A DNA stretch of 64,000 nt, taken from NCBI RefSeq assembly GCF_041956535.1, contig NW_027192198.1:760811-824810 (forward strand). The letters are read 5' to 3'. A model generated the notes under the pieces. It did not search any database. It had not been told where the DNA came from and worked only from the letters and a program-made list of their open reading frames with translations. Source of the DNA: Calcarisporiella thermophila CBS 279.70. Taxonomy: Eukaryota; Fungi; Calcarisporiellomycota. Positions 27,801 to 40,480 of this stretch are shown here, piece after piece. Each line of letters begins with the position of its first letter. The first letter of the stretch is position 1. The translations under genes and the position numbers were made by a program.

Positions 27801-29638
27801 TGCTCACAGCCTTGGTGATCACCTAGAATTTTGAAAAATTAACGCGCGAAGTTAGACTTAATGGTTGTCAGAATATACCTTTGCATGCGAAGAATTTTTG
27901 TTTTGCAGAAGCTGTAATAATGTCGTGATAATTCCAGCAGAAATCAACATGGTCCCACCGCTCTGTGTGCTTACTATATAGGTCAGCAGGAAGAAAAAGG
28001 CATCCACGTACTCTTGAGGGTATAGATCTGAGAAAAAGTGATCACTAAATTTGCAAGTTAAATTTGGTGATGAATGTTTCGAACTCACTTGTATTATTTT
28101 CAAGATTTGTAACCAATTTTCGGAAACCAGAAAGAAGAATGCCGTGGTTAGCGGATGCTTGGAGGGCACTCAACACCTCGTTCAACTTCGACCGATAGCG
28201 TGCTAGAGCTTCTAGTGCATAGAGTGTAGCAATTTGAATAGGCTAATTGGAGAAAAGGGGCAAGGAAAAAGGTATGCCATTATTCGTCCGTAATAATAAG
28301 AAAGTTCATGAAATCATTTATGTTTTACCATAAAGACGTGTTTTTCCGGGTGAATTAAATCTGCGAGTTCCGTCACAAGCTCAGGCTCGTAGAGAAATAA
28401 TTTAGCGTTTGCTTCATTTTCTGGGTACATATGGACTACTTTAGGGGTTAGGGTTTGGCGGTGTAGGACTGCATAAAATCAGCAAAATAACACTTGCCTG
28501 CTATTGCGATGGCCAGTATACGAATGGTTAGGAGGCGTAGTCGTGTTTTCGGGTCTGAGACACCAAGTGAAAGTCGAACTCGATGCAACAAACCAAAGTG
28601 AAATTCCTCCGGAACTGAATACTGTTCAACAATCTGGTCGAATAGATTTCGTTCAGAAGTGCAATGTTGACGGGGATTGATGATGGTAATGGTCGTCATT
28701 CCCTCCTTAACTTCACTGCTGCTTCCGGCCGCACCACCAGATGATGCGCCGCTTGTCAAAGATTCTCGCCGATGAATGGGCGTAGGTGTCTCTGGCACCG
28801 CTCTGTTCTCCGCTTCTGCTGAGACGTTCTCATCTGATCCCTTGTGCTGCTTTACAAACCGGTAGAAGGAGTAGTGGAAGTTGTTCAGGTCCATAGGTAT
28901 TTTTGCGTCAGGTGTGCTCAACAAGTATAAATTTGTTGATTCATCCTCTGTCGACCAGGCAGAGGCAAGATCCATAATACGCTCGTTCTGAATTACAAAA
29001 TTTGCTCGCAATGAACGTTGTTGACTTAGGCGTTGTGCGGGACGTAGCAATAGCCATAATGTGGTTTCGAGTACTTCGTGGTCAAATGTATTGAGGATAT
29101 CATTAAGATGCTATTAGAATAGTAACTAGACTCAATAATAGCTCGAAGGCAAGTGGTTAAACCAAAAGAATCACCTCATAAGAATTATACAGATTTCGAT
29201 TTGTACAATTCTCCAACAGCAGTTTTGTAAATCGCAAGATCGCTAACAATGTCTGTCGCTCGTTGTCTGCAAAAGGCTCCTTTTGTACGTGCTTCTTCAA
29301 CTCATATCGTTCACACAGCTTCTCTAGAATTGTGTCGAATCGATTTAGCACGCTTATCCAAAGGAAAAGGTCCCCACGCGGAAATGGCCAGGCATCAAAA
29401 GATGCCAAGATCTTAGAGATTTCCGATTCAGGCTGTTCATTTAATTCTTGAATAAGCTTTTTCATAGCCGGCGGCTACACGAAAAAAAGGTAAAAATTAG
29501 ATAATTGAAGGTGAGATCGGGGAAAGTTTGAGAAAGAAATCCCCCGACTTTCTACCCTTCCCCATATACAGTTCCTATTGATAAGGAATAACTTACAGGT
29601 GACGCCAGTTTCTTTGGTGGAGACTTTTTGATCTTCAT
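21815..29638 (-). CDS. TOM1: TOM1/HUWE1-family N-terminal half (DUF908, DUF913, UBA, armadillo-like repeats, acidic tail); no HECT domain
   Basis: MKIKKSP.. start; WPFPRGDLFLWISVLNRFD; LLENCTNRNLYNSYEHL; IIHNEPTS; UBA QLTDMGFP..AETAL..AAEYLLSHP; ELLSSYP.CK; DFNYP..ILRPLE; PDLYRNSSLGM. The 12 exons I traced sum to 7023 nt (2340 aa plus stop), ending EEEEY-TAA. Confidence 0.88.
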
Positions 29639-29879
29639 TGTCTCGATAATAAGTATATGTATAGATATGGAGAGAGCATGCAAATATATATATGCGTCAA
29701 TATATATATGTGTGACAGAAATTAAGGCTGCTCGAGACAAACAAAATAAAACAAAAGGGGGGAGGGGTGCTCACGATTATCCTAAATAACAGAATCTTTT
29801 CTGGTCTCCTTACGAAGAAAAGGAAAGTCGAAACGATGTCAGGTATGGTCGCGTAAACTCCTGCCGCAGCATTAGACTC

Positions 29880-29887
29880 TGACGTCA
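29880..29887. promoter_or_regulatory. CRE/ATF palindrome TGACGTCA in the short divergent TOM1/NDUFA12 promoter
   Basis: Perfect TGACGTCA about 70 bp upstream of the NDUFA12 ATG; function not shown. Confidence 0.35.
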
Positions 29888-29959
29888 CATTGATCTATAC
29901 CCTGTTTTCTCAAAGTTCCTTCTGGATAGTGTTCGACCATTGTTATTCCCTCTTCAACG

Positions 29960-30566
29960 ATGTCGTATATCACACGCACCATCCGTAACTTCTTGAAGAT
30001 CGGGCCGAAGGAATATATTCATCAATTAAATACCATTGGTGACACCAAGGCCGGTATTCTGGTTGGGGTAGACAAGTACGGCAACAAGTATTACGAGGAC
30101 AAAAGCGAGACGATTTACGGTAACTTTCTGCCCCTCTTTACAAATTTCCCAATCGCTTCCTTGCTTGAAACCTAATTCTCTCTCACCCTATTGAATCGAA
30201 TGCATGCTATTTATTTATTATTCATATTAATTCGTATGCGATCTATTATTTTTTACTCAGGTCGGGATCGCTGGGTTGATTTCAATCAGTACTATTACGA
30301 CGCATCACAAATTCCAGCCGAATGGTAGAGTTTCTTTGTCCACAATAAGAAGAATATGAGGAAAAAAACTAATTTTGATCTAATTCAGGCATATGTGGAC
30401 TCACCACATTATCGAGGATCCTCCATCGGTGGAAAAGCCTTGGATCCCTAAGTTCCAGTCAGTGCATCAAGAGAACACGACAGGAACTAAAGCCGCCTAT
30501 GTTACTTATAATACAACAGCACCCAAGATTACCGCGTGGGAGCCCCAAGTAAAGGACCGTAGCTAA
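29960..30566 (+). CDS. NDUFA12: NADH:ubiquinone oxidoreductase subunit NDUFA12 (N7BM)
   Basis: IGDTKAGILVGVDKYGNKYYE, GRDRWV, YDASQIPAEWH.W, NTTGTKAAYVTYNTTAPKITAWEP; two introns. Confidence 0.93.
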
Positions 30567-30852
30567 GCTTTGCATACATAAAAAATGCTTAATTTGTATG
30601 AAGAGTGCTTTATTTCCAACAATAGATTATTTCGTTTCTTTTATTGACGTGCTATAAACATATACTCCCGTAATTTTTAAGAAAATTTCTCCAAGGACAT
30701 ATTTCTCAACTTTCCATGTCTTAAAAATATTCAAACAAAAAAAAAGGCATAGTACGACTCATCATTCCAAATAAATAGACAACATATATTTGAACACAAG
30801 CCTGCTCTTTTAACCATTTGGGCAAAAAAATCGGAGAAACACAAAAGACATA

Positions 30853-31872
30853 TCAGAGCTTCGCGCGATCACTGCGACTAAGCGTTGCGGTAATCAGACC
30901 TAGTAGGGTTCAGCCCCATTTAATATTTTCACATATGTCAATGATATTCGATATTTCTTACCAGATGGATCGGATAGCGGTTGATAAACAGTTGCACTGG
31001 CGCCTTCGTTCTCCATACCAAAAGGCTTGAGGTTTACAGGGAAATAGTGCACATTAGGCATTGCGAAGTAGATGCGTGCCACATCCTTACAAGAGTCGAG
31101 GAAACGATGCGCGGTGTTGTAGAGAGTGGCCTGCACACTTGGGCTCGGCTCCACAAAGGCTTCCAAAGTCAAGCGTCTAACTTCCTGTCTTGCCAGCTCG
31201 AAATTGTATTCTTTTGGATGGTGGGTGGTCGGATATTCCCATTTCGATTCCACCACGGTCGAGAAGACGCGGTCTTCCGCCTCTGGCAGGGTCGTATACT
31301 TGTCGCGAACAAAGTTGGTAAAGGATGAACCCGTCGATTTAAGTACGCATAGATCCTTCAGCCCGCTACGAATAGTATAACCGCCGTTACGCTTGTAGGT
31401 GACTTGCGTGGTATCAACGTCGCTCTCCTTGCTAAAGGCATGCGGATGGATCTCACCATGAACGAGGAGTCGATTCCAGCGGTGCTGAGTGATATCAATA
31501 TGGCACTGGTGAATGTGCGAGTAAGTGCTCACAAAATGATGAGCTAAATCACAAGCGAAATGCTCGAACGGTTGGACACTGGCCGCCTCTTTTGCCTTGA
31601 TATATACGGTATTCTTCATTGAGTCTAGTGAAAAAAAAATATGGAGTTTATGGAGCTTAAACTGGACATTGACTCTAGTGTTCGTTGTGTTGCAGCTTAC
31701 CAGTCGCGACCACAATCGAATTGTCCGCCTTGGTGTAAGAGGTGGCAATATCACCTTCAAGCATAACTCGAACAGTTAGCTCAGTCACCTCATGCCACTT
31801 TCCTTTGCGAACTACTTTCAGGAGTCGGACGCGGTCCTTTCCATAGACAGCGGTTTCTAATGCGTAGGTCAT
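30853..31872 (-). CDS. UOX: Urate oxidase (uricase), peroxisomal
   Basis: YGKDRVRLLKV, SYTKADNSIVVATDSMKNTVY, VLKSTGSSF, SPSVQATLY, MPNVHYF; last exon ends in PTS1 -AKL. Confidence 0.95.
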
Positions 31873-32916
31873 GTTGAATAACTTGTTTAAAAGAACAAAA
31901 GTTCCGGAATGGATACGAGAGAAAAAGATAAGAAAAGAGGACGGAAACTGCTTAGAATAAGTAAGTCCTTAGCCGAGAGCCGATTAATGAACCGTAAAGT
32001 TGCGGGGGTGAACCTTGGAGCTGAGTGACACAAATCGTAAGAATCACACGACAATCAAAGCCACCACCCTACTGAAATACTATAATATTTCAAATTCGAA
32101 GCCGAGGCCCGAGCAGATAGATCTAGAGATCCTTAGAAGACAAGGTTATAAGATAATACATGCATGGAAAATAGATTCGCTGATGTGTAAAGCTCCAAAT
32201 GCTTTGAGGAATACATTTCATCCTCCGTTCCAAGAGAGTTATCATTAGCTAATTCGAAAAAGTATTAGGAAGCGGCTGGGATAATCCACATATAAAATTC
32301 CTGAAATCCAGCGCAAAGTCGGGCAGAGTCCCACAGAGGAGTAAACATTAATTGCAGTTGAACACCGAATACTAGCATGAGCATATTCGACCTCTGCATT
32401 TTGAGAGACGAATGTTGCTTAAATGTTATGCTGCTAATCCGGTTCCTGGTGGATTACAAAGTAAAAAACTAATGCTCCAAAGTAGAAATCTTGTTAGTTG
32501 AGGCATATTACATGTATTGAGAACCGCAATGCGGGTCTCAGGATTCTTAATCCGTCTTTTACGAGATATCCATTGTTCGGCTTATTATTCCAAGGGAATA
32601 CCTTTTTCCTTGCATCATAAAACTGGGAAAACATTCAATTTATCATTAATCACCCTAGTATCTATATCTAATGGATTATATCCAGAAATTTTCTCATTTG
32701 GAGCAAATTTAAGCACAGCTCATTAAATAAAATTTTTATAGCATTTTGAAAAAATATATATATATATTGAGTTTGCCCGATTATATTAATTATGGATCCC
32801 CCACCTTTCATATCGAATAACCTAGATCAACCAGCAAAATTATTGAGCGATTCAAAAGGGCTTTTCATTAACAAATGATCCTGCCTGTTTTCGACTCTAA
32901 AGAAAAAGAAATAGTT

Positions 32917-32989
32917 TGGAGAATCGGGGTATCGATCCCCGTGCCTCTCGCATGCTAAGCGAGCGCTCTACCATTTGAGCTAATTCCCC
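32917..32989 (-). tRNA. tRNA-Ala (anticodon AGC)
   Basis: Reverse complement GGGGAATTAGCTCAAATGGTAGAGCGCTCGCTTAGCATGCGAGAGGCACGGGGATCGATACCCCGATTCTCCA: 73 nt, full cloverleaf, G3:U70 pair. Confidence 0.96.
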
Positions 32990-33073
32990 AATTTGTTAAG
33001 TTTTCAAAATTAGTAACCATAAACCCCAAGTTTTTCACTTTGATCTTTTGCTCTTGCCTGATTTTAACCCGGG

Positions 33074-33145
33074 GGAGGGTTAGTGTAGTGGACTATTCCT
33101 GGGATGCCCATGAGAACGGCGTGGGTTCGAATCCCACATCGGTTT
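33074..33145 (+). ncRNA. tRNA-like Pol III element (A box plus B box/T-arm): tRNA pseudogene or head of a Pol III ncRNA
   Basis: A box TAGTGTAGTGG (33081-33091) and perfect T-arm GTGGG-TTCGAAT-CCCAC (33121-33137) at tRNA spacing; acceptor and anticodon stems do not pair. Confidence 0.55.
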
Positions 33146-34010
33146 CACGTACATGCTATACACGACAACTGCGATACACGCATATCGATTGAAAGTCTAT
33201 CGATCAAGGACCTATATCTCGTTAAGTCCATTGACATTAACTTCATGTAATATATGGAAATTAAATAAAAAATTTCCATTGATTGATCAAAAAAAAATTG
33301 CCTGCTTTTTAATATTTTTTTTTGCCTTTCACTTACTTTAAGCATATTTCTATTTTCGTTTCTCATTGTCGAAGCTTAGAGTAGTTATATAAAAACTTCA
33401 AAATCGGTAAAAAAAAGTCCCCACCTAAGTTATACAAGCAAACTGCCGTTTTCAAGTGACAGAAAATTGCGCACTTGTACGAAACGCAAGCAATACATGT
33501 TGTTTTGCAAGTGTTAACCAACAAGCTGATTGCTTTTCCAGTGGCAGTAGTAGAATGAAATCTCGGGAAAGTGGTCCCCTGTTTAATCAAGAAAGATCGG
33601 ATGCCCGTTGATTTGAGAGGAGTTCTCTCCAGTATATTGAAATACATTAATATACCGGTATTTGTAAACTGTGGTGATTTTTTTAAAAGTTTTGCCTTTC
33701 TGTGATCGATAGAACTGAATGTAATGAATTCGTCTTCGTCTGCACTGTAGCAAAGTTAGAGCCAAGCTACATAGCTGGGAGGATAGGTTTTAAAAATCAA
33801 GAATTTAACTCTCAGTTTGTCACTGTCCTAAATTTCACAGGGGAATATGCGACGATAAAGGAGCTGGTTGATATACGCGAAATAAAATAAAAATAAAATC
33901 TACGTACAAAGGAAAAATGAGAATGAGAGGAAAAAAGAAGGCAATAGAAGGGAAATCCATATTATTTTTATAGGGTGAGATGGTAGAGCGGAGATGAACA
34001 GGCAGGAAAT

Positions 34011-37000
34011 TTAGCCGGTCTTCTGCTTTTTCCGCTTGCCTTTGCCCTTGCTCTTGCTCTCGCTTCGCTTCACGGCCCGCAGCTCCTTCTTCATCCTTGG
34101 ATCCACCATCTTGTAACGTCCCTTGACACCCTTTGGCCGGCCTTGAATACCCCGATTTCCTCCCCTGGCCACGACAAGCTGGGCAGGCTTCCGCTGTTTG
34201 CCTACTGCCTTGCTCATCAGCTTCGCGATAGACTGGGATTTTTCCCGCTCCGTCATATCGGATGTCTCGGCAATGGCCGAGGCCTTTTTCTGCAACTTCG
34301 CCAACTGCTGCGCAGCCTTTGCCTTCTTCCTGGCCTTTGCCTCGGCAATCTTCTTGATTGGGCGAGCATCAATGGCTTTAAGTCGTTCGCGCAAAGCTTG
34401 AACTGCCTCCTTTGTCACTGGAAGATTGGGTGTATTGTGTTTCTTTTCGTCATCGAGGAACCATTCAGGTAGAGAGTGCGAATCGTTGAAGGTGCGTTTG
34501 TTGAAGCCGTCGTCCAAGAGGTCGGATTTACTCTTTTGCCTATTGACGAGCTGCTGTGCAAGGGTCATAGCCTCCGCAGTGATAAGCCCAATGTCTAAGG
34601 CAGAAATAGCAGTCAGTGGATGGACGAGAAAAAAAAAAATAAGAGATGCAGGAATGCTTACTGTTATCCCTTGACTTTTTAACCCCGTCCTGCATGTCAT
34701 CCTCCCACATGTCGGCATCTTCATCTTCACTTTCTCCAGCCGCCACCACCTCAAAATCGTCACTGTCCTCGTCGTCAGATCCATCCACAGCTTCGTCTGC
34801 TTCCTCCTCAGCCTTCCGCTTCCGGGTACTAGCCCCATTTGCCTAATGAATGAAACATGTAAGCCACAAGTTGCTATCCGCTTTGCTTGATAAGATGAAA
34901 GCTACCTCTGGTTTGGCATTCTCCTCATCCTCTAGTTCTACCATATCCACTTCGTCCTCCTCTTCCGCCCCCTCTTCCTCTTCCTCTTCCTCTTCCTCTT
35001 CATCCTCCTCCAAGCTCTTAAAGAGGGGTTGATCAAACCATAGTGCTGCTTTCTTGCTCAGCTCCCCTTTTCTGGGCTTATCTTCGTCCCCTTGCTCCAA
35101 GCTCCTTAACAGGGAGCCTTTCTTCTCTTTTCTCCCCTTGCTGTCATCTGCAAATCTCACGCGCTTCTTGCCATTTTCCTCCTCGCTCTCACTGTCGCTC
35201 TCACTTGTGCTGTCACCATCTTCTTTTCTTGCCTCATTCGCATCGTCTTCCTCCTCTGAGTCAGAAGCAATTCCCGTCCACTCCCCTTCTTCATTTCGCA
35301 TTTTCTTTACACGATACTTGGCGTCTCGTTCCGCTTGGCGCTCCTTGTACTGCTCGTACATCTCATCCAGCTGCGACTCAAGGCGGTCTGTATTATCCTC
35401 GTCATCGTCATCGTCTTCAAATTCCTCTTCGTGTGGGTCTTGACTCTTTCGGGTATTGGACAGACGCGATTTTTTACCGGTATCTAGATGGATATCGCCA
35501 TCCTCGTCCTCCTCAAGCTCATCGAGGATGGAGTCCGTAAGGGACATGTCGCCTTTGCGCAGTTTGCTAAGTGCCTGAATGGCCCAACAAGATTCAATAA
35601 GATTAAACTTACATCAAAGTTAAGAGGCAAATAAGGCTCGGACATACCCCATCTTTTTCAATCTTTTTCAAAGAGAATACCTCACCATCGCCATTGCTTG
35701 CCTGATCTAGAGCGATGTCGGTGGGGGCAATCATATTGAGCTGCATACGCAAAACTTGTTTCTGCCGTTTTTCGTTGGCTTTTCGGCGCGCGCGTCTCAG
35801 ACGGGCCTCTTCGCTCTTGGCGAGGGAGTCGAGCTCCTCGTAGACAGCATCCTCATCTGACTTCTCTCCTTCCTCCTCGGGTTTTTCCTCAGGTTCCTCC
35901 TTAGACACCTTCTTCTTCTCATCCAGACCCACCTGTGCATGCATCAACTCGATTAATAACACAATATCGACCGATAGCCCATAGGAAATGGCTTACCGCT
36001 TTGCGAGCTGCTTGCCGCCATCTTAGCAAGTTACGGAAATCCTTCTTACCAAGCACCTTTAAATCTTCACAGCACGCTTTGATTTCGTCGTCCATACAGC
36101 TCATGGAAAGATATCTAGAAACGGCATCGGTTAAAAATCGAAACTTGGCCTCATCTCCCCTTCCAGAAAAAAAAAATACTCACTCTTTATCTTCCCCATC
36201 GAAACTTATTTTGTTCACAGTCGACAGGATCGAGATGGGGTCATCCGATCGAATAAACTCAGAGGCCGGCACGGATTTGAAAAGGATGTAGTCACCATCG
36301 TCATATCCATCACGCTGTCTTCGTTTTTTCTATGAGGCAGAGAGGGTGTGAGCTAAGAATAACAACTTCCGAAATGCGAGAGAATTAAGGACCAACCTCA
36401 GGGTGGAAAATATCAATCTGCTTGTTGCTTGACTGGGAAAGATCGATTTCGGAGAACACAGCCTTGGGATCCAGGAAGCGGGGGTCGATTTTTTTAGGCG
36501 CAAGGAAGTCTTTGCATACCACAAAAATTTCTGCGGAAACGTTTCTGTCAGCAGAATACCATGTAAGCTCACCCCAAGAGGCAGAAAACGCATCTAGAGC
36601 AGGTCAAGTTACCTGGAGGAGGGGGGTTTGGTTGCCTCGACTTTTGTGAACAATTGGTTGAAAACCCATATTAATTTGTTGTAGTCTTTAGAACGAAATA
36701 CTTTGGTGACGAAGGTTCCGCCCTTGTTCAGGAATTCGACGGCAAGCTTTAGCGACATAAGCACAAGTTCTGACTGGGAATATGCATCTTGAACCCAAGC
36801 TGTACCGACGTTTGGGGCACCGTCGTGAAGAACTCTGGAAAAAGAAAACAAAAGAAGATCACCTTAGCCATGGGCAAACTAAAGAAATAATAAGAGAATC
36901 CGGAATCATACACATCAGCCTTCCAGTGTTTCAAGTGTCCACGAAGCTGTGCTCGACATTTATCCGTTGTAATATCTTCCTGCATAGTGATGACATTTGG

Positions 37001-37386
37001 AATCGGTTTGATGGCGGCCAAATCCACACCCACAATTAAACTGGACACGGGCATGTACTTTTGAGCAACCTGCAGCCTAGTAGTATCAAAGACTCATATT
37101 AGTCCATTTCTCTCCATCACACCTTCAGCAAGTGGAATTACCATCCTCCTGGCGCAGCACACAAATCAATCAAGCATCGTGCTCGCTCCAAAAAGTTATA
37201 TTTTTTGTTAAGTTGGATCAGCTTAAAGGCCGAACGGGCACGATAGCCCTGTTCCTTAGCCAAATGATAGTATTTATCCAAACGCCCTAGTCATCGGAAG
37301 AAGGTTAGGATCCCATGGCACACAAGCGGGCATGCAATAAGGCATCATGGTTTACCTTTGGCTGTTTTCTTGTCTCTTTTACCCAT
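34011..37386 (-). CDS. SPB1: 27S pre-rRNA 2'-O-methyltransferase Spb1
   Basis: [70 protein letters not shown]-terminal [20 protein letters not shown]. Confidence 0.96.
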
Positions 37387-38158
37387 TATGAATTATATAT
37401 AATGAATAGATGGGATCCAAAGTCAAAATACCTTGCAAGAAAATTTTGTTTACTAGAGAAATGCACAGTCATGACAAACAGTCACCGAGAAAGATCCTTC
37501 AAAATGCGTCGATCTCTCCCTCCTCACCACCGGCTGTGCGAAATCAGGCCAACAGAAGCGTAGGTTCATGTGTCCATACCCTGTTCACTTGATGGAGGTT
37601 AATACGGAGCTGGTGAAATCGATCGGGATCGACAGAAATGCGTTTTGGGGTGCACCTATTATTGTATTTAACTCGAAACTTGGCTTTGTTGAGATGCTAT
37701 GTATCAAGAGGCCCCATTTAATGAACTATAGTATTTTACAAGTGAATGACAGTTTGACCAAGCGCCGTTCCGGGTTAGTCCTTAGAAAAGGTCGATTCCA
37801 TCGTCTATCCTTTGTTTGAAGTTAAAACTATATGCTCAGCATCATGGCCTTTCTTAATATTCTGAACAGCGGTCATACCATGGGATTACTAGTAAAATTA
37901 AGCCCAGGATGCTCAAACAGAGATGTAGGCAAAGTCGTTTAATTTCTTTTCTACTTCCACCTTTCGTGTAAACTTAAAGAGAAGAAAAAAAAAGGAAGAC
38001 ATTTAAAAGAAAAAAAAATCTCCAAAGGGAAACATATGGCCCCCAAGTGTATATAAAAAACTGTATAAACTAGAGATTTGGAAACCCAAGCAAGGCAAAA
38101 CCAGATTAACGTGAAATACAAGGAAGTTAAGAATGAGTGAAGAGGAAGAGGCTGCTGA

Positions 38159-38958
38159 TCACACTACAAGCATAGAAAATGTTTTAGCATACACTCGGGG
38201 GAACGGGTTCAATGGAGTTCAAAGTCAAGCCCGGCACTTACTTGCATATTTCTTCGTCCAATCGTGGGCTATCCAAAAGCAGAGAGGGTTAGGTAGAAGA
38301 TCCTCTTGAACGAAAGGCAACAAAATACATACCCGTGGCGATTGCGGCCTTTTCATTCTCCTTCCAGTGCTGTGCCACGTCGTTGGCGAGAGGATCGTCT
38401 GGGTTTGGTGCAGAGAGCAGTGCCTGGATAGAGAGCAGCACCGTGCGGATCTGAAGAGCAGGGGACCACTTGTCTAAAATTTGGAATGCACGGCCATGTC
38501 AATGAATTTAGCATCAAGAACATCAAGCGCCGTCGTTCCCCTCTTCCATTACCTTTCAAAATATCCAAACAGATCCTCCCGAGTTTATCGATGTTGGGGT
38601 GATAAATCTTGGTCAAAAAGCGGACCTTTGGCGGAGCCATCGGGTATTCCTCAGGAAGAAAGAGCTCCAGCTTGAAAATACCACCTAGAATGAGGCAGAC
38701 AGAATCATCCATCACGTCGATGTAATACAGAGAGAGGAATCTTAAAGCGTACCCTCAAAGGGAGACTGGCTCGGTCCCGCCATGACGACATCAAAATACC
38801 TCAAGTTATCTTCGTGTGGTGTTGCGCTGATGCCGGGAGCCGGTTCGGCCAAGAGCCGCTCAGTCTCCTACTCATCATTAGGAATGAGGTTAGTGTGAGA
38901 ATGAAGAGCAGAAAATGGCTAGGTCACCCACCTTTACTATACGCTTGGGCAGGGCCAT
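38159..38958 (-). CDS. UBC13: Ubiquitin-conjugating enzyme E2 Ubc13/UBE2N
   Basis: [29 protein letters not shown]; [60 protein letters not shown]. Confidence 0.96.
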
Positions 38959-39470
38959 GATCTGGTAATCGTAGGCTACTGGATATTAACAAATGAAATA
39001 GAATTCAGCAAGATCCAACGAAACCACACCCAAGATCTCTCTGGAATGGGAGGAGGGAGGGAGATAGATAGTTACCGGTCTAATAGAGAAAATACTAGAA
39101 GGATGAAAAGGAGGAGTCAAGGAGAAGAAATCCTCAGACTTGGGCCACGATTCAAGCGGGAGGTTGAGGGCAGACATCGGGAAAAAGCTTGAATTGACAA
39201 GTTTCTTGTTCATAACCAAAAACTCTATTGGCAAAAGCGCGAATATATAGATATAAATAATACGTACAAGAAATATAGAAAGGAAAATTAATGCTCTTAG
39301 GGGGGGGGGGGAATAAGGAAAGATTCGTTAGAATAGGAAGATATGGAAAGAAGAGTATTTTTCTAGGGTTTTTTATATACATCTAAACAATAAAAAATGA
39401 TCATTTCTGGATTAATCTAGAAATCTATGCTGAACTATTGGTGCTGAACTATTCTAGGAAATGCAATGCT

Positions 39471-40480
39471 CTATGCAATATGGGGCATTCCGGGGCGTCC
39501 GCCGCTTAATGGCCTGCCCTCGCGGTTCACCGACCAGAGGGCCGAGCCGCCGATTGATTTTTTAATGCCGTCGGTCAGAGCGACGGCGGTGGCAGGGGGG
39601 AGCACGATGGGCGGTAACCGCAGCTCCTCGATTTCCTGCTGGCCCGGTTGTGGCTGAGGGTTGGAAAGCGGGGTGAAGTTCTTGGGCGACGAGGGGGTCG
39701 ATGCAATCCCTCCGCGGGTGCTCCCCACGTTCGTATATTCCATGCGAGGCGAGTTGGGCATCGACATGGACCCTAATGCAAAGGAACCAGGCGGTAACGG
39801 CATTGGCTGTTGCTGGAACCGAGGCCCTTCTCCGGGGAGGTTCATGCGTAAGCTGGCGTGCGACGGGCCTCCCAATTGCCGGCGCATGAGTTCTTGGCGC
39901 AGCAGAGCATTCTCGCGTTGGAGCTCGCGGATGTAGTCGGCAGCCAGCCGCAATACGGTGCCTTTGTTGGGCCGCTGCTTTTGGTCCGAGGAGGAGGAGG
40001 AGGAAGAGGGGCAGACCAGCTCCGAGATTTCGAGGATGGTGTTGTTGATATTATCGCGGCGACGGCGCTCGACCACATTGTGATTCTCGCGGCGGCGAAG
40101 AATGCGTTCGATGGCAGTTTTGCTGTCGACATCGTTCCTAAAATCCACAGCCAATGTCAACACAGGCCTTGACATGAGGGCATGAATGGGGGGGGAGCCT
40201 ACCTGTTGAGAATGTTGACCCCGTTGACCTTGTACGTCGACTGCTTAGCCTTCCGGCCGCCCGTCTTCTTGATGGCGGACGACGGCTGGTTGGACGAGAA
40301 GTTGAGGAACAGAGGCTGCTGCGAGGGATCGACGTCTTCGCCCGATTCGGGCTCTAATGAGGATTGGCGCGAGGAGGCGGCCGACGAGTCGTAGACGTGG
40401 AAGGCGGGCTGGGCGGAGGGATTGAGGGGGGCCATGGAGGCGGCGGCGACGGCGGGCGAGAAGTTGGAGGATGGAGCCAT
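39471..40480 (-). CDS. bHLH(-Zip) transcription factor
   Basis: RRENHNVVERRRRDNINNTILEI..NKGTVLRLAADYIRELQREN; one intron ~40139-40202; start MAPSS inferred. Confidence 0.85.

Noticed and set aside
28441-28456. TTAGGG telomere-like repeats (also ~54521)
   Set aside because: Only about two imperfect units; here they are the intron branch-point region (CTAAC) on the minus strand.
33061-33150. tRNA-Sec, SRP RNA or 5S rRNA identity for the tRNA-like element
   Set aside because: No UCA anticodon or long acceptor stem, no SRP helix-8 motif, and no 5S similarity beyond TAGTGTAGTGG.
33410-33720. AAAGTCCCC resembling the RNase MRP CR-I motif
   Set aside because: No matching CR-V/P4 partner (GGGGCT) seen downstream.
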